Position numbers and translations under genes: made by a program
Origin: Verrucomicrobiota bacterium
Lineage (GTDB): Bacteria > Verrucomicrobiota > Verrucomicrobiia > CAIQCK01
Direction: 5' to 3'
Length of the DNA stretch: 64,000 nt
NCBI GenBank assembly: GCA_016222825.1
Contig: JACRQF010000005.1
Span: 73,511 to 137,510, forward strand
The notes under the pieces: generated by a model
Databases searched by the model: none
What the model was told of the DNA's origin: nothing
What the model saw: the letters and a program-made list of their open reading frames with translations, nothing else
Shown: one piece after another, positions 29,227-40,131 of the stretch
How the letters are laid out: each line of letters starts with the position of its first letter
How positions within the stretch are numbered: the stretch's first letter is position 1

Positions 29227-32200
29227 ATGATGAAGAAGACAATGCTTGTCGCGGCGATGAGTGTGATGGCGTCGAGTCTGCTGGCTGCCGGGCCAACGCA
29301 GCCTTTCGGCTTCGAGGGCGCGAAGTGGATTTGGTTTTCTGCGGAGCCGATGCCGATGACGCAGAGCTTCCCCGGTGGCGCGAATTATTTTCGCAGCACG
29401 TTCATGTTGCCGGAGAAGGCGCAGGTCAAGTCGGCGGAGGTGGTCTGCGCGGCGGACAACCTCTACACGCTCTACATCAACGGCAAGCTTGCCGGCGAAA
29501 GCGGCCCCGACCCGAACGCTTGGCATCAAGGAAAACGGTTCGACATCGCCGACATGCTCGTGCCAGGCCGGAACGTGATTGCGCTGGAGGCGATCAACAC
29601 CGTGGCAGGACCGGCCGGCCTTGTCGTGAAGCTCGTGGCGCAACTTGCCGACGGCAAGCAGGTGGTGTGCGTGAGCGACGAGCCGTGGAAGAGCCTCGAC
29701 AAGGAGTTGCCGAACTGGCAGCAGCCCGGTCTCAACGACCAGAAGTGGCGCGCCGCGCACGTTGTCGGCGACTACGGCATTCCGCCGTGGGGCAAGCGAG
29801 TCACGGCAAACCCGCCTGCGTTGAAAGCGAGCGCGCCGATGGATGACGCGCGGAAACAGGCGCGAGACCGAATTGCGCAGCTCAAGGTCGCCGCGGTTCG
29901 TGGCGGTGCGCCGCCGCCGAAGCCGGTGGTGGAGGTCGTCCCCCCCGCCGACTATCCGTGGCCGGAGGCGGTGGTTTACTTGGGCGAGGATTGCAGCTTG
30001 TATCGGCCGTCGAAGCATAGTGGCACGAGCGCGGATAGCCTGAGCGTCACCATTTTCAATCCACGAAACTCCCGCGCGTTCCCCGAGCACGATCTGCCCG
30101 CGCCGATGAAGGTCGGGCGCAAGCTGTTCGTGCTGAAGCCGGCGCGGCCCGGCGTGAAACCGCAGGTGCTGCTCAACGCCGGCAAAGGCGGCATTGGCTC
30201 CCCAAGCGTGTCGTTCGACGGGCGGTGGGTTTACGTTTCGATGGCGCGCGAAGGCGAGGCGTTCTTCCATATCTACAAAGTGCCGGCGGCGGGCGGCGAA
30301 CCGCAGCGGCTCACTGACGGGCCGTTCCACGACATTGATCCGGTGGAATTGCCGGACGGGCGGATTGCGTTCGTCTCCACGCGCATCGGCACGTTCGAGG
30401 AATACCACAACCCACCGTCGCGCGCGCTCTTCGCGATGAAAGCCGATGGCAGCGAGATCCGGCCGCTCACCAACACCATCATTTTCGACAACGAGCCGGA
30501 GGTGCTCGCCGATGGCCGCATCTTGTTCATCCGTTCCGACAACTTCTTTGACCGCGGCAAGGTCGAGACGCTGCTGCACGCGGTGCATCCCGACGGCACC
30601 GAAGGCTACACGGAGTTCGGGCTGGACAACGGCCCGGAATACGGTGGCCGGCTGCGCGCGTTCAACGTCGGCAGTCCCGCGCCGCTCCCCGACGGACGCG
30701 TGGCGTATCTGTCAAGCGCGGGCATAGACATCGGCCGCCCCGGCTGCGAGGCGAAGCACCTGCAACACATCGGCATCGAGGCGGGCGATGTCGCGGCGTT
30801 GCCCGACGGCCGGCTCCTCTGCACGGTAGCGCGACGAATTCCCGTCGAGAAGGTAGTCAAGAAGCAGAAGAAGATCGTCAATGACTTCAGCTATGAAAAA
30901 CTCGCCATCCTCGACCCGGCTGCGGGCGAGAAAGTGGTGGTGATGTTCAACTCGGAAGAAGCGCCGCTGCACTCGCCGGTCTTCCTCGGCGCGCGGCCCC
31001 GACCGCCCGTGCTTGCGCAGAAGATGGAACCGGCTGAGCACGACAACCCGCGCCCCACCGGCGTGCTGTTCTGCCAGAATGCGCGCTTCACCAAGAACTC
31101 CACCGCCGGCTGGCCGCACGTGCGCGCCATCCGCGTCATCGCCGGCAAGGGTCTCACCGTGCGCTCGTCGCACTCCTACATCGTCCACGCCGGCAACGAG
31201 ACGACAGAGCTTGGCACTGTGCCGCTCGCACCGGACGGGTCGTTCGCGGTGGAAGTGCCGGCGGACACGCCCATCGCGTTCCAGGCGGTGGACGGCGAGG
31301 GACGGTCGGAGTTGAATGAGATGTCGTGGATTTACGTCCGGCCCGGCGAGCGCCGCGGTTGCGTCGGCTGCCATCAGACGCGCCAGGTGTCGCCTCCGCA
31401 CGCAGTCGCCGAGATGCAAGCAATGCGGACGCCGCCGTTGAAACTCCTCGGCCAGGGCCAGCCGCTTCGCTTCCGCGGCAACAATCCCGCCGTCACCGGC
31501 TTGATGGAACTTCAACTCGACCGCTTCCGCGAAATCGCCGGCATCAACCGCCACAGCATCGTCGCCGAGCCGAACGCGACCGGCGCGCAGGAAGTGGCGG
31601 CGCTGGTGGCGCAGATGCGCGGCGGCGATGAGCATCAGAAAGTCACGGCTGCGCAGCGGCTGGCGATCTTCCGCGACCCCGCAGTCGCTCCGGCGCTTGC
31701 GGAGCTTCTGCGCGACGCCCGGCGCGAAGTTCGCGTGGCGGCGGCGACGGCGTTGAGCGGCTGCGGCACGCGAGAGTCCGTGGAGCAGTTACTGGCTGCG
31801 CTCGCCGACCCGGACCCGCTCGTGGCGCAGTCGGCGTCGCTGGCGCTGGAAAACCTCACGGGTCACGCCGAGAGCTTCAACGCCTTTGTCAGCACCGACG
31901 AGCGACCGCGGCAGGTTGCCAAGTGGCGAGATTGGTTCCGCGCGAACAACTGGGACCAGATCGAGCAGGAACTGACGAGGCGGATGGAGAGCAACGACCG
32001 CAACGTCATCCGGCGCGCGGCGGTGGCGCTGGGGCATATCGGCCGCGATGCCGCGCGGGCGGCACTGCGGAAATACGTTGTCGCCGAGCGCGGCAACAAT
32101 CCTTACCCGGAGTGGCGCAAGACCCACCAAGGCGATGGCGCGAGATTCAACTCGCTCGAAGCGGCAAACCCGCGCACGCTGCAAGCCGCAACGCGTGCGC

Positions 32201-33291
32201 TCGGCTGGCTGAAGGACGCCGAGGCCGTGCCGATGCTTGCCGAGACGCTCAACACGCACAGTCGTCCCGCTACCGGCAACCTGTTCCTGGCCGAAGCCGC
32301 GGCGGAAGCGCTTGGCCGCATCGCCACGCCGGCGGCTGAAGCCGCGCTAACCAATGTCTTCGCAAGGTTGGAAGACTATACGCTCTTCACGTATTGGTAT
32401 GGCGACCATCCGGCGTTGATGGCCTGCCACGCGTCGCCGGTGCATTACCTCATTGTCGAAGCGCTCGACGCGATGGGAACGCCACGCGCTGGCGGCATCG
32501 TGACGCACATGATCCGCTCCGTGCCGACGGACTTCGACCGCGCGCTCTTCCCCTACAACGATGACTGCGAGACGCTCTACGGTCGCGTCATCCGGCGTAG
32601 TGGCCTTGAGACGGCCGTGGTGGAGACGTGTCTGTCCATCCTCGGCGACAAGGAAGCCGCGCGCACGAAAGAGATCGAGGACGCAATTGGCAAGACCATT
32701 GGCGCTTGGGGCGGCAAGCCCGACCTGGAGAACCGTGCCGCGCAAATCCTCTCCCTCGTCTGCCGCGACCGGAAATACGAGCCGCGCGTCCGCGCCGTGT
32801 TCGAGGCGTATCGCGCCAAGCCGAATGACATCCCGCGCCTGTTCGATACCGGTATCCCGGTCATCCAGAAACTCCCGGCGAAGCACTGGGTTTGTTTCTT
32901 CACAGCGCGCCTGCTCGGCAACCTCGCCGACCCGCGCTCGGTGGACGCGCTAATCGCCTCGCTGGACCGCGAGCCGCCGGAGAGCGCGCCCGGTTATCCC
33001 GACCCGCTCGGTCCCGGCGTGCTCTTCCTGCACAACGATCTCACGCCTTGCTGGCGCGCTGCCGCCGCGTGGGCGCTTGGCCGGATTGGCGACGCGCGCG
33101 CGACGCCGGTGTTGTTGAAAGTGATCGGCGATATGAAGAACGCCACCGACACGCGCAACGCCGCGGCAGAAGCGATGGAACGCCTTGCTGACGCGACGAG
33201 CGCAACAGCTATCCGCAAACTTGCAGCCGATTACCCGGAGATTTCCACGCGCCGGACGCTCATGCGCATCAGCGCAAGCCTGCAGCAGTGA
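29227..33291 (+). CDS. Large secreted protein (~1355 aa): N-terminal galactose-binding-like domain, TolB-like propeller, CxxCH motif, C-terminal HEAT/PBS-lyase-type repeats
   Basis: Signal peptide MMKKTMLVAAMSVMASSLLAAG at M80 of the ORF track. CVGCHQTRQ. HEAT-like repeats (AVAPALAELLRDARREVRVAAATALSG; CWRAAAAWALGRIGDARATPVLLKVIGD). Confidence 0.7.
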   Translation: MMKKTMLVAAMSVMASSLLAAGPTQPFGFEGAKWIWFSAEPMPMTQSFPGGANYFRSTFMLPEKAQVKSAEVVCAADNLYTLYINGKLAGESGPDPNAWHQGKRFDIADMLVPGRNVIALEAINTVAGPAGLVVKLVAQLADGKQVVCVSDEPWKSLDKELPNWQQPGLNDQKWRAAHVVGDYGIPPWGKRVTANPPALKASAPMDDARKQARDRIAQLKVAAVRGGAPPPKPVVEVVPPADYPWPEAVVYLGEDCSLYRPSKHSGTSADSLSVTIFNPRNSRAFPEHDLPAPMKVGRKLFVLKPARPGVKPQVLLNAGKGGIGSPSVSFDGRWVYVSMAREGEAFFHIYKVPAAGGEPQRLTDGPFHDIDPVELPDGRIAFVSTRIGTFEEYHNPPSRALFAMKADGSEIRPLTNTIIFDNEPEVLADGRILFIRSDNFFDRGKVETLLHAVHPDGTEGYTEFGLDNGPEYGGRLRAFNVGSPAPLPDGRVAYLSSAGIDIGRPGCEAKHLQHIGIEAGDVAALPDGRLLCTVARRIPVEKVVKKQKKIVNDFSYEKLAILDPAAGEKVVVMFNSEEAPLHSPVFLGARPRPPVLAQKMEPAEHDNPRPTGVLFCQNARFTKNSTAGWPHVRAIRVIAGKGLTVRSSHSYIVHAGNETTELGTVPLAPDGSFAVEVPADTPIAFQAVDGEGRSELNEMSWIYVRPGERRGCVGCHQTRQVSPPHAVAEMQAMRTPPLKLLGQGQPLRFRGNNPAVTGLMELQLDRFREIAGINRHSIVAEPNATGAQEVAALVAQMRGGDEHQKVTAAQRLAIFRDPAVAPALAELLRDARREVRVAAATALSGCGTRESVEQLLAALADPDPLVAQSASLALENLTGHAESFNAFVSTDERPRQVAKWRDWFRANNWDQIEQELTRRMESNDRNVIRRAAVALGHIGRDAARAALRKYVVAERGNNPYPEWRKTHQGDGARFNSLEAANPRTLQAATRALGWLKDAEAVPMLAETLNTHSRPATGNLFLAEAAAEALGRIATPAAEAALTNVFARLEDYTLFTYWYGDHPALMACHASPVHYLIVEALDAMGTPRAGGIVTHMIRSVPTDFDRALFPYNDDCETLYGRVIRRSGLETAVVETCLSILGDKEAARTKEIEDAIGKTIGAWGGKPDLENRAAQILSLVCRDRKYEPRVRAVFEAYRAKPNDIPRLFDTGIPVIQKLPAKHWVCFFTARLLGNLADPRSVDALIASLDREPPESAPGYPDPLGPGVLFLHNDLTPCWRAAAAWALGRIGDARATPVLLKVIGDMKNATDTRNAAAEAMERLADATSATAIRKLAADYPEISTRRTLMRISASLQQ

Positions 33292-33343
33292 AGTGCCACT
33301 ATCGTTGTGGACGAGCGCTTCCGCGTCTTTTAGAATCGGCGGC

Positions 33344-36076
33344 ATGAATTCACGGGAGTTGAAGACCAAGGTGGCAGTTGCGTGTGTTCTGGCCCTCTTA
33401 CATGGCGTTGGGCTTGCCGTGGCTGCTCAAGGCGTGTCGTTGAACAACCTGCGTTGCGAATACCTCTCCAATCCGCTCGGCCTCGACGTGGCGCGGCCGC
33501 GGTTGAGTTGGGCGATGGAATCGGCGACGCGCGGCCAGAAGCAGACGGCCTACCGGATTCTCGTCGCCTCGGAGTTCGAGAATCTCGCCAAGGACAAGGG
33601 CGATCTCTGGGACAGCGGCAAGGTGGCGTCGGACGAGAGCGTCCACATTGAGTATGCCGGCAAGCCGCTCACGTCGGGCCTGGAGGTGTTCTGGAAGGTG
33701 CGCGTCTGGGACCGCGACGGCCGCGAATCGGCGTGGAGCCAGCCAGCGATGTGGTCCATGGGCCTGTTGAAGCCGGCGGACTGGAAAGGCAAGTGGATCG
33801 GGTCGCCGACGGACAGGGAGTATGCGGCGAAGAACAAGAAGTATGAACCTGCGCCGATGCTCCGGAAAACGTTCCGCATCGAGAAACCCGTCCGGCGCGC
33901 GACAGCCTACATCTGCGGCCTGGGTTACCACGAACTGCGGCTCAACGGAAGGAAGGTCGGCGACAGCGTGCTCGACCCGGCGTTCACGCGCTACGACCGG
34001 CGCGCGCTCTATGTCACGCATGACGTGACGGCGCAACTGGCGCGCGGCACCAACGCGCTGGGCGTCATCCTCGGCAACGGCTGGTTCAACTATGGCGTCA
34101 AAGCGGCTTGGAACTTCGACGAAGCGGCGTGGCGCGCTTGTCCGAAGGTGCTTCTGCAACTGGTGGTCGAGTTCACCGACAGAACGACCCAGACCCTCGT
34201 GAGCGACGGCACATGGAAGTTCGCCACCGGCCCGATCGTCGCCAACGCGATGCTCAACGGCGAAACCTATGACGCACGCTTGGAGAAGCCGGGCTGGGAC
34301 ACGGCGCGTTACGATGACAACGACTGGGCTGCAGCGAAGGTCGTCGAGCCGCCGCAGGGCGTCCTTTCTGCGCAGATGACTCAGCCAATCCGCGTGACGC
34401 AGGAGTTGAAGACGGTGAAGCTCACACAACCCAAGCCGGGCGTGTTTGTCTTCGACATCGGCCAGAACATCGCGGGCGTGGCACAATTGAAGGTTCGCGG
34501 CCCCGCCGGCACGACCGTGACGCTGAAGTATGGCGAGGCGTTGAACGCCGACGGCACGGTGGACCAGAAGAAGATCAAGGAGCACACCTACGACGGCGAA
34601 TTCCAGGTGGACCGCTACATCCTCAAAGGCGCGAACACAGAGGTGTGGCAGCCGCGGTTTGTCTATAGCGGCTTCCGCTATGTGGAAGTCACCGGGTTTC
34701 CCGGCAAGCCGACACCGGCGAGTCTGCGCGCACTCGTCGTGCATACGGATCTGGAGAGCGCGGGCAGCTTCGAGTGCTCCAACGAATTGCTGAACGACAT
34801 CCAGCGTTGCACGCGATGGTCTTACGTCAATAACTTCCACGGTCATCCAACTGATTGCCCGCAGCGCGAAAAGAACGGCTGGACCGGTGACGCCCACCTC
34901 GCCGCCGAGGCCGGCCTCTACAACTTCGAGCCATCGGCCTCCTACACGAAATGGATGCGCGACTTCCACGATGAGCAGCGCCCCACCGGCGAACTGCCCG
35001 GCATCGTGCCGACCGGCGGCTGGGGCTACAAATGGGGCAACGGCCCCGCATGGGATTCGGCTTATGTGCTGATTCCGTGGTGTCTCTACCAGTATCGCGG
35101 CGACCAGCGGATCTTGGCGGAGCACTACGACCGCCTGAAGCTCTACGTGGACTACCTGACGACCCGCGCCACCAACGGCATCGTCAAGATCGGCCTCGGC
35201 GACTGGTGCCCGGCCAAGACAAAGACGCCTGTCGAGATCACCTCCACCGGGTATTACTACGCCGACGCGGTCATCGTCTCGAAGATCGCCACATTGCTCG
35301 GCAAAAAGGAAGACGCCGCCCGCTACGCCGCACTCGCCGCCGATATCAAGAAGGCGTTCAACCGTGCGTTCTTCAATCCGCAGACCAAGCAATACGGCGC
35401 TGCCAGCCAGACCGCGCTGAGTTGCGCCCTCTACCAAGGGCTGGTGGAGCCGCAGCACGTCGCCGCCGTTACGGGCAATCTGGTAGCGAACGTTACGGAC
35501 CAGCAAGGCCATCTCGATTGCGGCATCCTTGGCACAAAGTATTTGCTCCACGCACTGACCGACAACGGCCATGCTGACGTCGCCTACACTGTCGCCTCGC
35601 AGACGACCGCACCGAGTTGGGGCAACTGGATCAAGCGCGGCGCGACCACGCTCTGGGAGGATTGGGAAGGCAAGTCCTCCCTCAACCACATCATGTTCGG
35701 CGACATCTCCGCGTGGTTCTTTGAGACGCTCGCCGGCATCCAGCCCGACCCCGCTGCGCCCGGCTTCAAGAAGATCATCATCCGCCCCACGGCCGTCGGC
35801 GACCTGAAATGGGCGCGCGCCAACCATGATTCGATGCGTGGCAAGATCGTCAGCGATTGGAAGCGCGAGCGGGAGAAGTTCGTCCTCGACGTGGCGATTC
35901 CTCCAAACACCACCGCCACGGTTTTCATCCCCGCCAAGAGCGGCGGCGACATCACTGAGGGTGGTCGGCCGCTCGACAAGGCGACCGGCGTGAAATTTCT
36001 CCGCACCGAAAGCGACTGCGCTGTTCTGGCGGTCGAATCCGGCATTTACCGGTTTACCGCAAAGATGGCCAAGTAG
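33344..36076 (+). CDS. Alpha-L-rhamnosidase (glycoside hydrolase family 78)
   Basis: N-terminal LRCEYLSNPLGLDVARPRLSW...QTAYRILVAS... is typical of GH78, with signal peptide and about 911 aa. Confidence 0.8.
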   Translation: MNSRELKTKVAVACVLALLHGVGLAVAAQGVSLNNLRCEYLSNPLGLDVARPRLSWAMESATRGQKQTAYRILVASEFENLAKDKGDLWDSGKVASDESVHIEYAGKPLTSGLEVFWKVRVWDRDGRESAWSQPAMWSMGLLKPADWKGKWIGSPTDREYAAKNKKYEPAPMLRKTFRIEKPVRRATAYICGLGYHELRLNGRKVGDSVLDPAFTRYDRRALYVTHDVTAQLARGTNALGVILGNGWFNYGVKAAWNFDEAAWRACPKVLLQLVVEFTDRTTQTLVSDGTWKFATGPIVANAMLNGETYDARLEKPGWDTARYDDNDWAAAKVVEPPQGVLSAQMTQPIRVTQELKTVKLTQPKPGVFVFDIGQNIAGVAQLKVRGPAGTTVTLKYGEALNADGTVDQKKIKEHTYDGEFQVDRYILKGANTEVWQPRFVYSGFRYVEVTGFPGKPTPASLRALVVHTDLESAGSFECSNELLNDIQRCTRWSYVNNFHGHPTDCPQREKNGWTGDAHLAAEAGLYNFEPSASYTKWMRDFHDEQRPTGELPGIVPTGGWGYKWGNGPAWDSAYVLIPWCLYQYRGDQRILAEHYDRLKLYVDYLTTRATNGIVKIGLGDWCPAKTKTPVEITSTGYYYADAVIVSKIATLLGKKEDAARYAALAADIKKAFNRAFFNPQTKQYGAASQTALSCALYQGLVEPQHVAAVTGNLVANVTDQQGHLDCGILGTKYLLHALTDNGHADVAYTVASQTTAPSWGNWIKRGATTLWEDWEGKSSLNHIMFGDISAWFFETLAGIQPDPAAPGFKKIIIRPTAVGDLKWARANHDSMRGKIVSDWKREREKFVLDVAIPPNTTATVFIPAKSGGDITEGGRPLDKATGVKFLRTESDCAVLAVESGIYRFTAKMAK

Positions 36077-36110
36077 ATGATGCCGGCCGCGCCCTCCTGT
36101 GGAGGTTTGC

Positions 36111-38087
36111 ATGACAAGAATATCACGATGGGTTCTACTGTCGGTTTGTGTGGCTGCAGCAACAGCTCACGCCGTAACGCTGGTGGAGAACGGCCAGCCG
36201 CGAGCCGTTATCATTCTACCGGATGCACCCTCGCCAGCGGCAAAGCTCGGAGCGCAAATCCTTCGTGACCATCTCAAGCAGATCTCAGGCGCAACGCTGC
36301 TGATAAAGAAGGAAAGCAGCATTTCCGGCAACGCCACGCCAGAGCAGCCGTGGGTGCTGGTTGGCGAAGGCAAGCTGGCCGGGCAACTGGGGCTTTCCAC
36401 CGCCTCGCTCGGCCCTGGCGGCATGGTGTTGTGCGCCAAAGCCAACGTGCTGGCGCTGTTCGGCACGGATGATCACACCGCGACGGATCCAGACGGCACA
36501 CGCTACGCGGTCGTTACGTTTCTGGAAGACAAACTCGGCGTGCGCTGGTTGTGGCCGGGCGAGCTGGGCAAAGTCTTGCCGCGACGGGCAACGATCACGG
36601 TCGGTGATTTCGACCAGAAGTTTACGCCGCGACTGGTCCAGCGCCGCATCCGCGACTCGCACTACAACGACCGGTTGGAAACCGGCCTGAAGAACCTCGG
36701 TTTCACGGCCGCTGATTACAGGCGCCAGCGTGCTGACGCAGAGAAGACGACCTCGGAATCAGGTGGCTGGTTTGACTGGCAGAAGCTTGGCGGCTCTTTC
36801 AACGTCAGCGGCGGCCACGCCTTCGGTCATCTGTGGGAGAAATACGGCAAGGAGCACCCCGACTGGTTTGCGATGCAACCAAACGGCTCGCGCGACCAGT
36901 CGCGGAACGGTGCGCGCTCCCGGCTCTGCAAGTCCAACCCAGAGCTGATCGCCGCCATTGCGCGCGAGAAGATCGAGGAGTTGAACAAGAACCCCAAGCT
37001 GGCGGGTGTGTCGCTTTCCCCCAACGACGGAGGCGCCAACACCTTCTGCACCTGCCCGAAGTGCGAAGCTCTCGACGCGCCCAGCGGACGCAAGGTGAAG
37101 CTCTGGGACAACACCAGCAGCGCGCGGCGCGAATTCGAACACGTCTCACTGACCGACCGCATGATTAGCTTTTGGAACGCTGTCGCGGAGCAGGTCGCGC
37201 GCGTCCACCCAAATGCGCTGTTCACCGTGGACGCCTACAGCGCCTACCGTTCGCCACCGCTGTTGCGCACGCTGCACCCGAACCTCGTCGTGCGGTTCGT
37301 GAACATCTCCTATACTGATGAAACGCTGCGTCAGCAGGGGCTTGCCGACTGGAATGAGTGGGCAAAGGCGGCGAAGAAGATCTACTTCCGGCCGAATCTC
37401 ATGCTCGCCGGCCGTCGCTCTGGCGCACCGATGATCTATGCACACAAGTTCGCACAGGACTTCCGCCATCTCGCAAGTCATGGCATGTGGGGCACTGACT
37501 TCGACTCGTGCATGCACAACTGGTCAACGCAGGGCCTCAACTACTACGTCGTTGCGCGCTTGCACTGGAATCCCGACCAAGATGTGGACGACTTGATCAC
37601 CGATTACTGCCGTGCGGGATTCGGCCCTGCGGCGCAGTCAGTCCGCCGCTATTTCGATGAGCTGGAAGCCATTACCAACCAGATCGCAGCCAGCCGCCAG
37701 GCGCTGAACGAAGACATAGACACAGCCAAGATCGAACCGCTCAACGTGTTCACCCCTGAAGTGATCGCCAAGCTGCGCAATCGGCTTCACGAAGCTCGCC
37801 GGCAGGCGACGGGCGACGAAACCGTGTTGAAACGGCTGGTGTTTCTCGAAACAGGCTTGCGCTGGACGGAGATGGAGGGGCGGGTTCACGCATTCTTCCG
37901 TAAAGACGGCAAGGTGGACAAAGTCGGCGCGCGCAAAGCGTGTGATGAGCGTTATGAAATGATGCAAGCCATCTTCCAGAATAGCTTCCTTGCCGTGAAC
38001 GTTGCCGCCGTGTCTTGGGGCGAGGACGGCTACCTCAGACGCCTGCACTGGAAACACCCAACGGCAGAAACCAGAAACGCGCGATAG
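36111..38087 (+). CDS. Secreted hypothetical protein (possible glycoside-hydrolase-like, DUF4838-type)
   Basis: Signal peptide MTRISRWVLLSVCVAAATAHA; about 658 aa; sits between a rhamnosidase and a TetR gene. Confidence 0.5.
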   Translation: MTRISRWVLLSVCVAAATAHAVTLVENGQPRAVIILPDAPSPAAKLGAQILRDHLKQISGATLLIKKESSISGNATPEQPWVLVGEGKLAGQLGLSTASLGPGGMVLCAKANVLALFGTDDHTATDPDGTRYAVVTFLEDKLGVRWLWPGELGKVLPRRATITVGDFDQKFTPRLVQRRIRDSHYNDRLETGLKNLGFTAADYRRQRADAEKTTSESGGWFDWQKLGGSFNVSGGHAFGHLWEKYGKEHPDWFAMQPNGSRDQSRNGARSRLCKSNPELIAAIAREKIEELNKNPKLAGVSLSPNDGGANTFCTCPKCEALDAPSGRKVKLWDNTSSARREFEHVSLTDRMISFWNAVAEQVARVHPNALFTVDAYSAYRSPPLLRTLHPNLVVRFVNISYTDETLRQQGLADWNEWAKAAKKIYFRPNLMLAGRRSGAPMIYAHKFAQDFRHLASHGMWGTDFDSCMHNWSTQGLNYYVVARLHWNPDQDVDDLITDYCRAGFGPAAQSVRRYFDELEAITNQIAASRQALNEDIDTAKIEPLNVFTPEVIAKLRNRLHEARRQATGDETVLKRLVFLETGLRWTEMEGRVHAFFRKDGKVDKVGARKACDERYEMMQAIFQNSFLAVNVAAVSWGEDGYLRRLHWKHPTAETRNAR

Positions 38088-38171
38088 AATAGCCGGCGCG
38101 TCCTCTGCAAAATGATAGGTTGACATTTCCATACTGGCCGGTATGGTTCGCGCCCAACAGGAAACATTGGC

Positions 38172-38825
38172 ATGGCGAGAACTTCACCTCAAATGCCGGT
38201 TCGGTTGGCGCAAAGCGCATTCGCGCTTTTCTCACGCCGCGGCATCGCCAACGTCAGCCTCGACCAGGTTGCTTCCCACGCGGGTGTCACCAAAGGCTGC
38301 GTCTATTGGCACTTCCAGTCGAAGGACGAACTCATCAAGGCCGCCTGCGCCCACTACTACCGTGATTTCCACCGCCGGATGAATGCCGAGATCGCGCCGG
38401 TGCGCGACCCGTTGAAACGGCTGGAGCGCGCCCTGCGACGATCCGTGAGAATCTGTCTTCTGGACGCGGAAAACCGTGTTTTTACAATGGACATCTGGAG
38501 CCTGTCGCTCCGTGACACTGAGGTGCGGCGCGGCTGGCAGCAGTTCTATGACAGCGTGCGGGAGTTTTACATCGGCCTCGTGCGCGCCGCGGTGCTTTCC
38601 GGGCAAATGGAGGTGGACAACCCGGAGCGCGCAGTGAACCTGATGCTGGAGGCTATCGAAGGAATCAAGCTTCGTGCCATGTTCGAGCCGCAGATCTGCT
38701 CACCAGCCGAGGAGAACGAAATCGTAAAGAGTCTGTTGGAGATCCTGGGCTGCGGGAAACGCGCAGCCAAAGCCGCCCGGTTTGGTTTCAATCAACAACA
38801 TACCGGAGAGTATAGAACGCCATGA
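38172..38825 (+). CDS. TetR/AcrR-family transcriptional regulator
   Basis: N-terminal HTH LDQVASHAGVTKGCVYWHFQSKDELI. Confidence 0.85.
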   Translation: MARTSPQMPVRLAQSAFALFSRRGIANVSLDQVASHAGVTKGCVYWHFQSKDELIKAACAHYYRDFHRRMNAEIAPVRDPLKRLERALRRSVRICLLDAENRVFTMDIWSLSLRDTEVRRGWQQFYDSVREFYIGLVRAAVLSGQMEVDNPERAVNLMLEAIEGIKLRAMFEPQICSPAEENEIVKSLLEILGCGKRAAKAARFGFNQQHTGEYRTP

Positions 38826-40120
38826 AATGTCAGCCAGAACCAACCCGCCGCCAGTTTCTCAGAACGTCCGCAGCCGCTGTTGTGGCTGCCAGCAGTTTAT
38901 CCGTCGAGCGCGCGGCGCACGCCGCCGGCAGTGGCGTCTTTAAGATCGGTATGATCGGCGCGGGCGGGCGCTGCGCGGGCGCAGCTTTGGACGCCATGAA
39001 CGCCGACTCCGACGCGCGACTTGTGGCGATCCACGACGTCTTTATGGACCGCGTTAAAGGCAAGCTGGAGGCCCTCAAGAAAAAAAAGCCTGAGCAGGTG
39101 CAGGTCAAGGACTCGAATTGCTTCAACGGACTCGACGGCTACAAGGGCGTCATCGAGGCCAGCGACGTGGTGCTCATCGCCAACGCCGCGAAGTTCCATC
39201 CGTTCCACACGATGGCCGCGATCCAGGCCGGCAAGCATGTCTTCGTCGAGAAGCCCCACGGTATTGACCCCTATGGTTTGAAAATGATGGCCAGCGCTTG
39301 CGAACTGGCCAAACAGAAGAAGCTCTGCGTCGTCTCGGGCCTTCACAGCCGCTACCATCTCGGTTACCAGGAAGCCATCGAGCGCATCCGCGACGGCGCG
39401 ATCGGCGATATCGTCGCCATCGAGGAGAACTTCCTGCGCCAGCCCTACGGCGTCTATCGCCGGCAGGAGGGCTGGACGGAGCTCCAGAGCCAGCTTGGCA
39501 ATCAGTATCACTTTGTTTGGCTCTGCGGTGACGACGTCACGCAGTCGCTCGTCCACAACATGGACCGTGCTTCGTGGGCTTTGAACGAGCAGGCCCCGCT
39601 CAAATGCCACGGCATTGGCGGTCGCTCCGCGTCGTTTGGCGAGGAATACGGTGATGTCTTCGACCATCACTCCGTCATCTACCACTTCCCCAACGGCGTG
39701 CGGGTTTACGCGTTCTGCCGGACGCAGGTCCGTTGCTACAACGAATACTCCAGCCTCATTCTCGGCTCCAAAGGCCGCTGCGACCTCATGCGCTGCGTGA
39801 TCGAGGGTGAGAAGAAGTGGAAGTATGAAGGCCACGCACCGGAACCTCACGGCCACGAGCACGTGAAGCTCTTCGAGGCGTTGCGCAAAGGTCAGATCAT
39901 CAACAATGGCGACTACATGGTCCGCAGCACACTAATGACTGTGATGGGCCAGATCAGTTGCTACACCGGCGCGGAAATCACGTGGGACCAGATCAGCAAG
40001 TCCGACTTCCATTTCCCCGTCAAACCGGAGGACTGTCGCATGGATATGGAGCCGCCCGTTAAGAAAGGTCCCGACGGCCTCTATCCTGTTTATGTCCCCG
40101 GCGTCACCAAACTCATCTAA
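38822..40120 (+). CDS. Gfo/Idh/MocA-family oxidoreductase with Tat signal (tandem copy 1)
   Basis: RRQFLRTSAAAVVAASSLSVERAAHAAG; GMIGAGGRCAG Rossmann motif. Confidence 0.85.
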   Translation: MKCQPEPTRRQFLRTSAAAVVAASSLSVERAAHAAGSGVFKIGMIGAGGRCAGAALDAMNADSDARLVAIHDVFMDRVKGKLEALKKKKPEQVQVKDSNCFNGLDGYKGVIEASDVVLIANAAKFHPFHTMAAIQAGKHVFVEKPHGIDPYGLKMMASACELAKQKKLCVVSGLHSRYHLGYQEAIERIRDGAIGDIVAIEENFLRQPYGVYRRQEGWTELQSQLGNQYHFVWLCGDDVTQSLVHNMDRASWALNEQAPLKCHGIGGRSASFGEEYGDVFDHHSVIYHFPNGVRVYAFCRTQVRCYNEYSSLILGSKGRCDLMRCVIEGEKKWKYEGHAPEPHGHEHVKLFEALRKGQIINNGDYMVRSTLMTVMGQISCYTGAEITWDQISKSDFHFPVKPEDCRMDMEPPVKKGPDGLYPVYVPGVTKLI

Positions 40121-40131
40121 AGGAGTATTCC